In this document: positions 1-12,259 of the stretch, piece by piece
Position numbering within the stretch: the first letter of the stretch is position 1
Layout: the number at the start of each line of letters is the position of its first letter
NCBI RefSeq assembly: GCF_006345805.1
Contig: NC_043004.1
Span: 70,184,001-70,248,000 of the forward strand
From: Octopus sinensis
Taxonomy: Eukaryota
Direction: 5' to 3'
DNA length: 64,000 bases
Translations under genes and position numbers: made by a program
Notes under the pieces: generated by a model
Databases searched by the model: none
What the model saw: the letters and a program-made list of their open reading frames with translations, nothing else
Told to the model about the DNA's origin: nothing

Positions 1-316
1 ATGCAGTATTCATTTCAGTTCATTCTCTGAGTTCAAATCCCACTGTAGCCTATTGGAAGGTTACCTGGTTTAACACAATCATCTGCTCCTTTGGTTTCTT
101 TAGTGAAATCTACTGTTGCAAGCATTCTGGCCAGGTCTCTGGTTTGAAAATATTTTCCTCTGGCCCTCTTTCCCTCAAGTGTCAGAGACCCTTTATCTTC
201 TCTCCTGACCAAGTGATAAAAAAGACAGAAAAAAAAAACTTCATAATTGGTGAAATACTCATTATTCAGACAGAGAGGAAGCTGAAAGATAAATTAGAGA
301 TTTTTTAATATAAATA

Positions 317-737
317 GGCATAGGAGTGGCTGTGTGGTAAGTAGCTTGCTTACCAACCACATGGTTCTGGGTTCAGTCCCACTGCGTGGTACCTTAGGCA
401 AGTGTCTTCTGCTATAGCCTCGGGCCGACCAATGCCTTGTGAGTGGATTTGGTAGACGGAAACTGAAAGAAGCCTATCGTATATATGTATATATATACAT
501 ATGTGTGTGTGTGTGTGTATGTTTGTGTGCCTGTATTTGTCCTCTGAACATTGCTTGACAACCGATGCTGGTGTGTTTATGTCCCCGTAACTTAGTGGTT
601 TGGCAAAAGAGACCGATAGAATAAGTACTAGGCTTACAAAGAATAAGTCCTGGGATCGATTTGCTCGACTAAAGGTGGTGCTCCAGCATGGCCAGTCAAA
701 TGACTGAAACAAGTAAAAGAGAGTAAAGAGTAAGAGT
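317..737 (+). mobile_element. tRNA-headed SINE, dominant family of about 410 bp (representative copy)
   Basis: A-box tggctgtgtggt and B-box ggttcagtccc, central (TA)/(TG) tract, tail atgactgaaacaagtaaaagag; further copies near 2669-3075, 20762-21165, 25815-26195, 30760-31105(-), 37272-37745, 38845-39250, 39476-39995, 52074-52480, 63428-63800. Confidence 0.85.
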
Positions 738-1494
738 ATTTGTCTTCAGTAAAGCCCTAATCCTCACTGTACAGGAACTGAATATAATTGAGTCCATTGC
801 ATGTGCACTTGAGACACTGGAACCAACTTGTCTTTAACCCCTTCCCAGGTAACTTTTTTGGAGAAAATGTTTCATTTTCAGATGCCCTTTTTTTATCACA
901 CAAGCTTGCATTCTCATCTGATGTATCCAAGATTCTAATAGAAAGATGATACTTATTGTCATCTTCTGAGTTTGATATCTGGGCATAATTTGTAAAATAA
1001 AAAAAAAAACCAGATAAAAACCAAGAATTGACATAAAAGCTCATCTGTGTCTGTTTTTGAAATTCTATGTTTTGGGCAAGTTTACGTGTTGCACTCTCAG
1101 AAAGACGAATTGGGTGAAGACAAGTTAACTCATCTTTGCTGTACTTGAAGCCTGTTTCTTACTGTAACATTAATTACACCATAATTAGCTCTGTACAAAA
1201 CCATATTTGTGCATTAACAAATTTTAATTATAATTTACAAAAAAAAAAGAGACAAAGCAAAATCCAAATTTCAATTTTCCAATTTTTTTGCTTTAGTTGT
1301 TGTTCTTTTCTGGCTTTTTTCTTTGTTTCTTTTTTGATGTTTTTTTGTATTTTTTAATATATACCTTATAACAGAAGAGGGGTCAACAGAAAGGAGTAAA
1401 ATGGGGCTATACAATCCAAAATAAGAACAAATACATTTGATAATGTCTGATATGTCTTTTCAGGGTTTTTTTTTAATTTTTTAAATATTTTTTT

Positions 1495-1500
1495 TTTATT
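1495..1500 (-). promoter_or_regulatory. Candidate polyadenylation signal AATAAA
   Basis: tttatt on + strand, 45 nt downstream of the stop codon; lies in an A-rich tract so could be fortuitous. Confidence 0.3.
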
Positions 1501-1545
1501 TTCAAACAGAAAAAAAAACAACAAAATAAAAACATGTACTTTAGG

Positions 1546-2400
1546 CTAACTGATATATTGTGAATTCTCGACAAGTGTTGTTCCAGTTGAGTTTAACAAG
1601 AATCTTAATTTATAAAAGTCCTCTATTGAAAAGCTTCCACTCGGATCAAGAGAGCACCGAGCGAACCGGTTGACCATCATTGCTCTCTCCTTGTCCAGCC
1701 AAAAGTCATAAGCTTGTTCCTGACTAGTGAAAGTGCTCCCTGCAAGCTCACTTGGGTAAGGTCCCCAAATGACAAGCTCCAGCATACCCCTGACGATAGC
1801 TAGGCAATCTGGCTTGTCTGATTGGAGCAGCTCAAGTCCTCGATACAAACCCTTGGAACATTCTAAAAGCTTCTCATCATCAAAGAGATACTTGTCAAAG
1901 AGATTATGCAAGAGTTTGGCACAGAAATCATTCATATCTGATGGTAGTTTATTATCAGCTTTGAAAGAAGGGAGCAAACACACACGTTTTCCACTGAAGT
2001 TCTTCTGAGATAGAAGGAATATTCTAACTGGTCGGAAGTGAAGCTGCGGGGATCCCCGATCGAGATGATGCAGAATCCCACTGACGACTTGCAGGAAAAG
2101 GAAAGACAAAATCTGGACAAAGCTGTCTGGGTTGTGCAGCATGGTGTCTTTAAGGTCAGTGATGTAGTCGTGCCAGGTGACCATTGATGAGTACTGACCA
2201 ACAGCTAGGTGCCAATGAGGACTCGGGATGACTGCTGTGGATGAAGATGAAGATCCTATCGGAAAAACTGAACACTGGTCAGTGTTGTCAGTCATTGATG
2301 GAAGGAATGATGCAGGAATGTCATTGGCAGAAAGGTTCTGAAGTCTCATGAAAGCAGGGTGTGGTACGTACGAATCACAGACGTTATTGCCGTGGGTCAG
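1546..2400 (-). CDS. PEAK1: PEAK1/PRAG1 (NKF3)-family pseudokinase, terminal coding exon (degenerate kinase body + C-terminal SHED J-helices)
   Basis: 855-nt open frame ending TAG at 1546-1548; polypyrimidine acceptor ...tttctacttgcAG|CTG ACC CAC (phase 0). C-terminus 'LELVIWGP...FWLDKERAMMVNRFARCSLDPSGSFSIEDFYKLRFL' resembles the PEAK1/pragmin C-terminal 'LLWGP...WLDIKRTLLMIKFAEKSLD..G.SLEDW' (recognised from memory). The symbol denotes the family; orthology to PEAK1 versus PRAG1/PEAK3 is not resolvable. Confidence 0.85.
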   Translation of the reverse strand: MTHGNNVCDSYVPHPAFMRLQNLSANDIPASFLPSMTDNTDQCSVFPIGSSSSSTAVIPSPHWHLAVGQYSSMVTWHDYITDLKDTMLHNPDSFVQILSFLFLQVVSGILHHLDRGSPQLHFRPVRIFLLSQKNFSGKRVCLLPSFKADNKLPSDMNDFCAKLLHNLFDKYLFDDEKLLECSKGLYRGLELLQSDKPDCLAIVRGMLELVIWGPYPSELAGSTFTSQEQAYDFWLDKERAMMVNRFARCSLDPSGSFSIEDFYKLRFLLNSTGTTLVENSQYIS

Positions 2401-3920
2401 CTGCAAGTAGAAAGTTGAGAAATAAAAACAAATTAGTCACAAACGATATCTTCTTTTATATCATCCCTGAAATTAAAGCTTCATTTTCAACAAACACATG
2501 GAAAGCACTTTGCACATTCAGGAAGAACATTCAGCCACAGAAACCATGCCAAGGCAAACATTGGTTCTTCGTACGGTCCTCTAGCTAACGAGCCTCTGTT
2601 GAACTCTCCCAACCCATGCTGGCATGGGAAATGAACATCAAATGATGATGATAGTGAATATGTTTAGAGATAGGTGTGGCTGTGTGATAACAAGTTTGCT
2701 TCTCAATCGCAGAGTTCTGGGTTCAGTCCTGCTGCATGGCACCTTGGGCAAGTGTCTTCTGCTATAGCCTCAGACCAATCAAAGCCTTGTAAGGGGATCT
2801 GGTCGACAGAAAAAAACTCGTTGTATATATATATATGAGTGTGTGTGTGTGTGTGTGTGTGTCTTTCCATCTTTATTTGTCCCCCACCACTGCTTGACAA
2901 ATGGTGTTGGTGTGTTTATGTCCCTGTAACTTAATGGCTCTACAAAAGAGACCAATAGAATGAGTACCAAGCTTAAAAAACAACAAGTACTGGGGTCGAT
3001 TCATTCAACTAAAAGTTCTTCAAGGTGGTGCCCCAGCATGGCCTCAGTCTAATGACTGAAACAAGAAAAAGATAACAATACAAGTTAACAATAACCATTT
3101 CTTTCTCATCTCATTCCCCCCACCCCTTTCTAAATATTAAAAGGACTACAATTTTCCCAAGGTCCATAGATCATGGAATAAAAGGATTTGGACTCAGACC
3201 TCAAGCAGTTGGATGAAATAACACATCTTGTCTGACATCCTAACAGTTCTGCTAATCCACTGCTGTTATCATTTAAGAATAATCCTTTCTAATTTTGTCA
3301 CAAGGTCAACAAGTTTGAGAGGAGGAGGCAAATCGATTTTGTCAATGCCCAATATGTGACTGGTACTTATTTTATTGACCTGCAAGGATAAAAGATAAAG
3401 TTGCCCTTGACGGGATTTGAACTCAGAATGTAAAGAGCCAGAAAAAATGCTGTTAAATATTTAATGAGCTGTACTTCCATCTTTCTTTTTCCTATTACTT
3501 TATCCTTTAATACTGATTTCAAATGTTGTCACAAGGCCAGCAATTTCGGGGAAAGAGGGGCAACAACAATGTTCTTTCAATGATTAGCTAGAGATGATTT
3601 TTAAAATGAGAATATCTGAAATGAACTTGACTGCTCTCACAAATGAGAATACTAAAAATGAACCCGACTGCACTCAAAAATTAAGTAAAAAAAGAAGGAA
3701 AAATAATCCAGAATCCTTGTCTTGTACCAGACTGATCCCAAAAGCTAACCAGCTCATGCCAGTCATGAGGCCAAACATCCCTGAAAGATTCATCCTATTC
3801 CATCCACCAGTTCTTGAGATATCTTGTCCAAGGACAAACAAACAAACACAACTAAAAACAATACCTTGGCCTTCGCAATGGCAGGGATAATAACATATAT
3901 ATATATGTCTGTATACTTAC

Positions 3921-4438
3921 AACAAGATGGCAAGATGCTTTGTCCTGTAACAATTTTGCACCATATACAATACAATCTTCTGATGTATGTACAGGCTGTT
4001 TACTAATTAACTCGAAGTCTGACCATTTCAAGAAACCCAGGGTTCGGTCTAAACCTCGAGAGAAGATGCTTTCAAAATAATTGTGAATGTGTTGCAGAGT
4101 ATCTTGGTTCATGTTGGTCAGTTTGCTGTACATCTCCTTCACATCATCTGCACCTAGACTTATTGTCACTGTAGCAGGCCTATTCATTGCTACATACTGT
4201 TCTGGGGGGGCACCATGTGGTCGCTTAGGTTTACGTCTCGGAGCTGGCTTGGGTCGAGTTAAAGTGCCCATTGTTGGTTGAGGAAGAGGCGCCAACGGAG
4301 GCTGTGGTGTCTGTGTACAGTGTTCTAGCAGGTCTTCTGATGAGCGTGATTGTATTGGCGTTTTTGCCTCCCCAACAGTTGAGCGGGGGATTCTGTTGTC
4401 CTTGGGCAAAGGTGGAGGTCCACCTTCATCAGCATTAT
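3921..4438 (-). CDS. PEAK1: PEAK-family pseudokinase, penultimate exon (PPPLPK motif, S-helix, start of N-lobe)
   Basis: Acceptor tatcttttgcAG|AT AAT GCT (phase 1), donor GTT|GTAAGT (phase 0) joins in frame to the 2400 exon. Encodes GGPPPLPK and 'EMYSKLTNMNQDTLQHI...LKWSDFELISKQPVHTSEDCIVYGA', matching the PEAK1-type S-helix and 'WSDF.L.S.KP' N-lobe entry. Confidence 0.85.
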
Positions 4439-4955
4439 CTGCAAAAGATAAAATATTTTAAAAATTATTTACCTAAAAATTGGAATGGCTTCAGATCAGA
4501 TTACTTCCAAATTGGTATATGTTTTTGCATTTTATTTCAGAGTTTCTGGTAATTCACCTTTTTAGAGAAAGTAATAAACTTTCTAACAACACCACACCCA
4601 AAATAAAAGATGAATGATTTGGTATTTTAATGTGTGAGTGTGGTAAAGGCTAGTATCAAAATACTAAGATCCCCACAAAAGAGATAACAAAAGAATACAG
4701 CAAACAGTGATGTGTTGGGAAGGAATTGTCCAATCTATGCAAGCAAGGAAAGGCAGACAAAAATTACAAGGATTATATATATATATAAGCATGAAATAGG
4801 AAGTAGTAAAACAGTCGACAACTGATGAGGAGTTATCTTCTTTTAGTGTTTTGTCCCATACTCATCTCTCATGTGTTTACATATTTTTCACTCTTTTGTG
4901 ATGTCCTGTACTTAATGTGTATTTTTTTTTATTTATAATCAAATGCCATGCAGCC

Positions 4956-4993
<38 letters not shown>

Positions 4994-5203
4994 TAGAGTA
5001 AGCACTTAAATGTGAAACAAGGTGGAAAACATAGTACTCAAATACCAGAGGAAGAGTAGTATGCTTTATTGAAAAGCAGCAAAAATATCACAAAAACTGT
5101 TACTCAGACTTTCACGTTCCCATTCCACATTCCCATTTGATGAACGGGAAAATGAAACTCTGAGTAACAGTTTTTGTGATATTTTTGCTGCTTTTTATAA
5201 AGT
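4994..5203 (+). mobile_element. Decayed copy of the fold-back hammerhead element
   Basis: Same header (gtaagcac..aaatgtgaaacaaggtggaaa..agtactcaaataccag) and arms; core degraded to TTGATGA-acgggaaaat-GAAA-ctctgag-TA. Confidence 0.6.
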
Positions 5204-5205
5204 AC

Positions 5206-5252
<47 letters not shown>

Positions 5253-5461
5253 AAAATATTAGGGAATAAATCCAAACTTACAGGGGAAAAATCAGATTTA
5301 GGATTGAATCCAATTTAATAGTAAAATATTATATTATATTAAATTAGAGATAAAACCACTATTAGGCAAATCATACAATGAAAAACTTAAGCCAATACAT
5401 AAGATTAATTAATTATATTATTTAAATATATATCAAAATTATTAAAAAAGATAATTAATAT

Positions 5462-5530
5462 AACACTACGATCGTTTCATAGCTGTTCAATTCTTAAAAT
5501 TTTCAAGTTACAGTCATTCTTCAGGTGGTT
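5462..5530 (-). ncRNA. Type I hammerhead-like motif in a (TA)n-flanked element (about 5245-5540)
   Basis: Minus strand aaccac-CTGAAGA-atgactgt...acagctat-GAAA-cgatcg-TA-gtgtt; palindromic stem III ACGATCGT. Confidence 0.55.
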
Positions 5531-5551
5531 TAAATACATATGTATATATAT

Positions 5552-5595
<44 letters not shown>

Positions 5596-5642
5596 ATATA
5601 TAATATATATATATAATATATATATATATAATATATATATAT

Positions 5643-5713
<71 letters not shown>

Positions 5714-6838
5714 GCAGGGCAATGGCCCAGTGGTTAGGGCAGTGGACTCACAGTTGGAGGATCGCAGTTTCAATTCCCAGACCAGGCATTGTGTGTGTTT
5801 ATTGAGCGTAAACACCTAAATCTCCACAAAGCTCTGGCAGGGGGTGGTGGCGGCCCCTGTTGTACTCTTTCGCTTCAACTTCCTCTCACTCTTTCTTCCT
5901 GTTTCCTGAGTAACGCTGCAATGGACTGGCATACCGTCTAGCTGGGGGGAACATGCCATAGAAACTGGGAAACCGGACCCATGAGCCTGGCTAGGCTTGA
6001 AAAGGGCACATAAATAAAATATATATATATATGTATGAACATATATACACACAACAACAATGGTTTTTATAAAACTAATCATTTCATTCTTTACATGATC
6101 ATTATCATTTTAATGCCCTCTTTTCCATGCTTGTATGGGTCAGATGAAGTTTATTGAGGCAGATTTTCTATGCCCAGATATCCACTCTGTTGCTGATCCT
6201 CACTTGTTTCCAAGCAATGTAATATTTCCCCATGGCCAGACATGTGTTCACAGAAAGAATGACACTGCTTGTATGACAGTGAAACTCATTTACAATTATC
6301 ACATGATATCAAGACAAAGTCACACACAGATACACACACATATATATATACACCAGGCTTCTTTCAGTTTCTGCCTACCAAATCCACTCACAAGGCTTTG
6401 GTTGGCCCAGTGCAGAAGACACTTGCCCAAGGTGACACACAATGGGACTGAACCTAAAACCATGCAACTGGGATGCAAACTTACAACACAGCCACACCTG
6501 GTTTTACACACACACACACACGATACACTCATGCACACAAACACACGCACGCACGAAAACACACACGCACACAAAGACACATACATTCATACACATACAC
6601 ATACATCTGCACGAATGTAGCTGTGTGCTTCACAACCAATAGCCCTCATCAGCTGTTATCTCTCTCTACACAGGTATATGTACCTGGGTTTGTTAGAAAA
6701 TAATCTTTAGGTTCCTTATTTTAAGCCTGGATGGGAGATAACTCTCAGAAACGAATGAAACTTAAGATGCCAGTCTTTGAGTTCAAAAAAACTATAAAAT
6801 CAATATGTCTAGGTAAATGTATATACACATATATATCT

Positions 6839-6876
<38 letters not shown>

Positions 6877-7533
6877 CCCTGCTGTCACTTTGTTGGTTAT
6901 GACACAATGCATTACTGGGAATCGAACTCATAACCTTGCTATCATAAGCTGAATGGCCTAACCACTAACCCATGGTTAGGGTTAGGGTATTCATTCAAAT
7001 ACATATGTGTCTGTTCACATTAAACTCAGGGTTCACCGATGTCAAATGGCAACAATTCTTCCTTCTTAACTAAAACCATGATAGCAAAAGAAATGTGAGT
7101 GGTTGTTAATACACTTTGTTACTATAAAAATGGCCCTGAAAAGAGTTAACTTCCTGTTGAAACTTTCTTAGTGAAAAACCCAATCCTGCATTGATTCTGT
7201 TACAGAACAAAAATAAATGTTAGAAGAAAAGACTAGAGTTTTCCTCCCTTACATTAGGGAGTGTCTCACTTCCTTTGAAATGATTGTAAACTAAGTTAGT
7301 ATGATTCTCGTGATATCAATTGTTTCAGCTCTGTGCTGTTGTGTCATACAGGGAATAGCAAGGGACAGAAAAGTATGGTTACATCTCCAATGAGGTAGCA
7401 TATTAACATAGAAAAACGAGACACCAATCCAGTCCCTCACCTCTCACTCTCTCTCTCACCCGCTCTCTCTCTCTCTCTCTTTCTCCCTAGGAAACAAAAA
7501 ACAAAAAGGTAATTCAAAAATATTATACATTAC

Positions 7534-8079
7534 TTTTGCTGTATCCATTAATCTCTTCATAAATAGGTTGTGATGCTAAGATAATCTGTCTTTCCTCCTC
7601 TTCAGGAATCTCTGGTTGTTGAGATTCCTGGATCTGATTCGGAGGTAATTCAGCTGATAACTGCGGGGATGATTCAGCTGAAGATTCTGTAAGTGAAGTC
7701 CTCACTGGTTCAATATGCATTGTTGGAATTTTGACAGTCGTTTCACTGGGGACTGAGCTAAAAGTTGCAGCTGCAGGTGGGGCTGTCCCTACAGCAACAA
7801 CTGCAGCTGTAATGGCAGGAGCTGTAGTTACGACACTGGGGGGACGCATGCTGGTTATCGGTTCCAGGTAGCCTTCTGTAGGGAAGTTACTACTGCCATT
7901 GGATGAAGTTCGAGATGCAGAGTTCGAACGTGACGGATCCACAGGATAATAATAATTATCTCGTTGTCCGGGATATTTTGGTGTGATTGGCTCGTACAAG
8001 TTTTCTACAGATCCTAAAGGCGAGATGTTGGGATCATCAAAGTTTTTGTCTCCACCTGATCCAGAAGAGGTTGAACCAC
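7534..8079 (-). CDS. PEAK1: PEAK-family gene, low-complexity Ser/Pro/Ala-rich linker exon with tyrosine motifs
   Basis: Acceptor ttctgtatttcattaAG|GT GGT TCA (phase 1); frame open across 546 nt; donor A|GTAATG (phase 1, weaker) compatible with the 4438 exon. Motifs ENLYEPI, EGYLEPI, QPIYEEI. Confidence 0.75.
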
Positions 8080-8511
8080 CTTAATGAAATACAGAAAAAT
8101 AAAATATATATATATATGTATATAATCAGATTTGAATGAACATATAAAGACATGACTATGGTCTAGATTTACCCTCTTTTTCCACATGAATTCCCTAACT
8201 GTTTGGAATAACAAAATCCCTCATAATCCTTCGTAATCATTAATCTTTCTAGACTTCACAGTCTCAACTTTATAATAAGACAACAAATGCATACACATAC
8301 AATTGTTATTGATGTGTGGAACTGTTATTGCTATAACAGGTATATTTTAAGTGTTTCAGTCAATTTTCAAAATTTAGCTGTTAGGTTTATACAAACTGTG
8401 TCTGGCACATATGAAGATATGAAAAAAAACCCTAATGATGAAGGTTCAATTAGAATATTGTCATATGATTATTTGGAAGAAAATATTTCTACATATAAAT
8501 ATACATATATA

Positions 8512-9772
8512 TATCGGTTTGTCTGGGAAGTTCATGCCAATTTTTAAGGGAAATTAAAAAACAAAACAAAATTATGCCATTAAATATTTATTCAAGTAAA
8601 TATGAACCGTTTTGTTGCACAACCTTTCTCCCTCTTTCCTTCACCTTAAAGATTTCGTCTTGTCAGAATTTTGGTGGTTTCTTGGCAAAGAACTCATTAA
8701 GGTGGGGTTTTCTTATGTCCTCCAAAGAATTAAAATTTTTACCATTCAGATTATTTTGCAAGGATCTGAATAAATGAAATATGAATGGGCAATGCCTGGT
8801 GAATATGGCAGGTGAGGTAACACATCCCAGCTAAACTGCGACAATTTTTGACGGGTTGCCAAAGAAACGTGAGGTCTGGCATTATCCTGATGGAAAACAA
8901 CACCTTTCCTGAATTGTAGCCTTTAAATCATCCAGTTGTGAACAGTACTTCTCAGAATTAATTGACTGGTTACTTGGCAGAAGCTCATAATACAGGATTC
9001 CTTTCCAATCCCACCAAGGGCAGAGCATGACGTTCTTAGGATGAAGACCTTCAATTGGGGTGGCTAAAGGTAGTTGATGTTGTTTATCCCAGAATCTTTT
9101 TTGCTAAACATTGTTGTAAACAATCCATTTCTCATCACCCATCACAATTTGCTTCAAAAAGGGTGCATTTTCATTGCATTTATACAGCAGATCACAGACA
9201 GAAATGTGATCCAAAGGATTCTTTTCACTCAGATCATGTGGTACCCAAACATCCTAGAGATTTGAGTACCCAAGCTTTACTAAGTGCTCATGGATGGTGG
9301 ATTTTGATAAATTTAGTCTGCCAATTCCCACATTGTGTAATGCAGATCATTCTCAATTAATGTCTTGATTTGTCATCTGAAGTGGGTGTGGCCTGCCGGA
9401 GCATTCTTCATCAATAAGGCTATAATCATCAACTCTAAACTTAGCAAACCACTTCTGTACAGTTCTGTCAGCTAAAGCACCTTCACCGTACACAGCACAT
9501 ATCTTTTTTGCTGCTTGCAAGGCATTTTTGTCTTTACATTAATAAAAAAAAGCATCAAGTGTCTAAAATGCACCTTAGAATTTTCCATTTCAGTAGGGAT
9601 GCAAAGCTGACACGAATTAAGTAATTTAAAACTTTCTTTCTTAAGAGATAGTTTGAAGAGTGCACTAACTGGAAATGTAAGCATCTTATTTGTGCTGATA
9701 AATTTGATGTGTTCTAATGTGTTTGATCATGAACGACTAAAAATAGGCATGAACTTTCTAGATAATCCAATA
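8512..9772 (-). mobile_element. Decayed full-length mariner transposon
   Basis: Terminal inverted repeats tatcggtttgtctgggaagttcatgccaattttt / aaaaataggcatgaactttctagataatccaata inside TA runs; minus-strand remnants MENSKVHFRHLMLFF, ICAVYGEGAL, SGRP, VFHQDNARPH, PYSP; about 1.26 kb. Confidence 0.85.
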
Positions 9773-9837
9773 TATATATATACACACACACACGCATACA
9801 TATATATATATATATATATATAATATATATATGCATG

Positions 9838-9874
<37 letters not shown>

Positions 9875-10434
9875 TGTCCAAAGGTAATGTTTCAGTGAAT
9901 ATTCAAGATTTTCACTTGGTGTATTCAATGAGGCATGACAAGAAGTGGAATCAGTTCAAAGAAATGGGAGAATTATCAAGATATAAAGATCTAGAAATAG
10001 AGATAACCCAAATATATGGGGTGTAGGCTGAAAAACAGAAACAATCCCTATGAAAACAATTGTCTGGGGATCTACCAGACTTGCACATCTATATGCTATG
10101 TATAAAAATAGTAGTGCTAGGTGCCATACAAACAACCAAACAAAACACTGCACATAGCCAAAGCAACGAACACAGCTGCATTTGTTTGTGCAGCGAAATC
10201 TTACAAATAACGATAATTGTTTCAAATTTTGGCACAAGGCCAGCAAGTTTGGGTGAGGGACGAAGTTGATTACATCGACCCCACCAGTGCTCAGCTGGTA
10301 CCTTTTTTTTAGCAGCCCTGAGAGGATGGAAGGCAAAGTCGACCTTGGTGGAATTTGAACTCAGAACGTAAGGACAAATGAAATGCTGCTAAGCATTCCA
10401 CCCAGCATGCTAAGGACTCTGCCAGTTCACTACT

Positions 10435-10657
10435 TTAATCCTTTCGTTACTGTATTTCCATTGAGATGCTCTCTGTTTCTTTCAATTACTTTAAATGTAA
10501 CAAAGAATTTAGTAAAATAACTTGGATATCATTAAACTAGTGTTAGGAACATAAATTGCGACTAAGGTTTGGTGGAAGATTTTAATTCAAAACTTATGAA
10601 AACAAGACATTTGTACTCAGAACCAGAGCCGGTTTCAGCCTAGTTGGTAACAAAGGG

Positions 10658-10662
<5 letters not shown>
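10435..10662. mobile_element. TTAA-flanked piggyBac-like MITE family B
   Basis: TTAA-tcctttcgttac ... gtaacaaagggg-TTAA; homologous to 36735-36963. Confidence 0.75.
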
Positions 10663-10700
<38 letters not shown>

Positions 10701-10718
<18 letters not shown>

Positions 10719-11257
10719 TTAGCAGTGGCTCTCATGGCTTCTGATCTTAACTGATTGGAAGTGTTATCATGTACATTGTTTTGTCTTGGTATAAAAGATG
10801 GGCTACAGCAAATATTCTGCTCAATACCACAGATTTGCTTGTAAGTTGTTTGACCGTAACCAGTTGAGCATGTCCCTTAGTGGCTGACGATATGTGCATC
10901 TCTGATCACGAGCAGAAGTAGTGGGGGAGCATCATAGCCATGTGTTGAGAAGGATTCTTTGGGGTTTGAATAATTCACCACTGGAAACATGGGTGTTTCG
11001 TTCAACATCCTTAAACAACCCTTATTCAGGGACCTTTTGAGCAGGATGGGTTACTCGATCTGAAGAAAATTCTAACTGGGCTCCACCTGCAAGGTCATGT
11101 GCTGTTTATCTTGATATGAGATCACCATGTCGCGCACATATGGTTGTGATGCATGTGCCTGGTGTACCCTTATCAGACGGGTAGTCATGATGGGTATACT
11201 GGGCTTCGTATATTTTACCCCAGTGTCACTTTGATGGCATGCTCTGCTCGCTCACTC

Positions 11258-11258
<1 letters not shown>
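10701..11258 (+). repeat. About 560-bp interspersed repeat embedded in (TAA)n, copy 1 (likely 3' tail of a TAA-targeting retroelement)
   Basis: Near-identical to 11690-12247; both begin after and end in (AAT)n. Confidence 0.7.
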
Positions 11259-11290
<32 letters not shown>

Positions 11291-11689
11291 CCTTTCTGCT
11301 ATAGGCACAAGGCCTGAAATTTTGGGGGAAGGGACTAGTCGGTTACATCGACCCCAGTGTTTCACTGGTACTTAATTTATTGACCCCAAAAGGATGAAAG
11401 GCAAAGTTGACCTTGGCAGAATTTGAACTCAGAACACAAAGACAGACAAAATACCACTAAGCATTATGCTCGGTGAGCTAATGATTCTGCTAGCTCACTG
11501 CCTTCTTAAAAACAATGATAATAATATGTTCTACTAAAGGCACAAGGCCTGAAATTTTGGTGGGAGGGGACTGGTTGATTACATTGACCCCAGTATTTGA
11601 CTGGTACTTAATTTATTGACCCTGAAAGGATGAGGAGAAAAGTCGACCACAGTGGAATTTAAACAATAATAATAATAATAATAATAATA

Positions 11690-12247
11690 AATGCCCTGAT
11701 GCAGTACCAGGCAGTGGCAATCATGGCTCCTGATCTTAACTGATTGGAAGTGTTATCGTGTACATTGTTTTGTCTTGGTATAAAAGATGGTCTACAGCAA
11801 ATATTCTGCTCAATACCACAGATTTGCTTGTCAGTTGTTTGACCGTAACCAGTTGAGCATGTCCCTTAGTGGCTGACGATATGTGCATCTCTGATCACGA
11901 GCAGAAGTAGTGGGGGAGCATCATAGCCATGTGTTGAGAGGGATTCTTTGGGGTGTGAATAATTCACCTCTGGAAACATGGGTGTTTCATTCAACATCCT
12001 TAAACAGACCTTATTCAGGGACCTTTTGAGCGGGATGGGCTACTCAACCTGAAGAAAATTCTAACTGGGCCCCACCTGCAAGGTCATGTGCTGTTTATCT
12101 TGATATGAGATCACCATGTCGCGCACATATGGTTGTGATGCATGTGCCTAGTGTACCCTTATCAGACAGGTAGTCATGATGGGTATACCGGGCTTCGTAT
12201 ATTTTACCCCAGTGTCACTTTGATGGCATGAACTGCTCTCTCACTCA
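11690..12247 (+). repeat. About 560-bp interspersed repeat embedded in (TAA)n, copy 2
   Basis: Direct repeat of 10701-11258 with scattered substitutions. Confidence 0.7.
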
Positions 12248-12259
12248 ATAATAATAATA

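Noticed and set aside
317-400. tRNA gene-like A and B boxes
   Set aside because: SINE heads; no complete cloverleaf, and followed by SINE body in every copy.
350-712. Recurrent ORFs with 'YQIHSQGFGRPEAIAEDTCP' or 'CFLRATG' peptides
   Set aside because: Translations of SINEs and of the RTE 3' UTR repeats, not a gene family.
6960-6990. TTAGGG telomere-like repeats
   Set aside because: Only about 2.5 units; too short to call an interstitial telomere.
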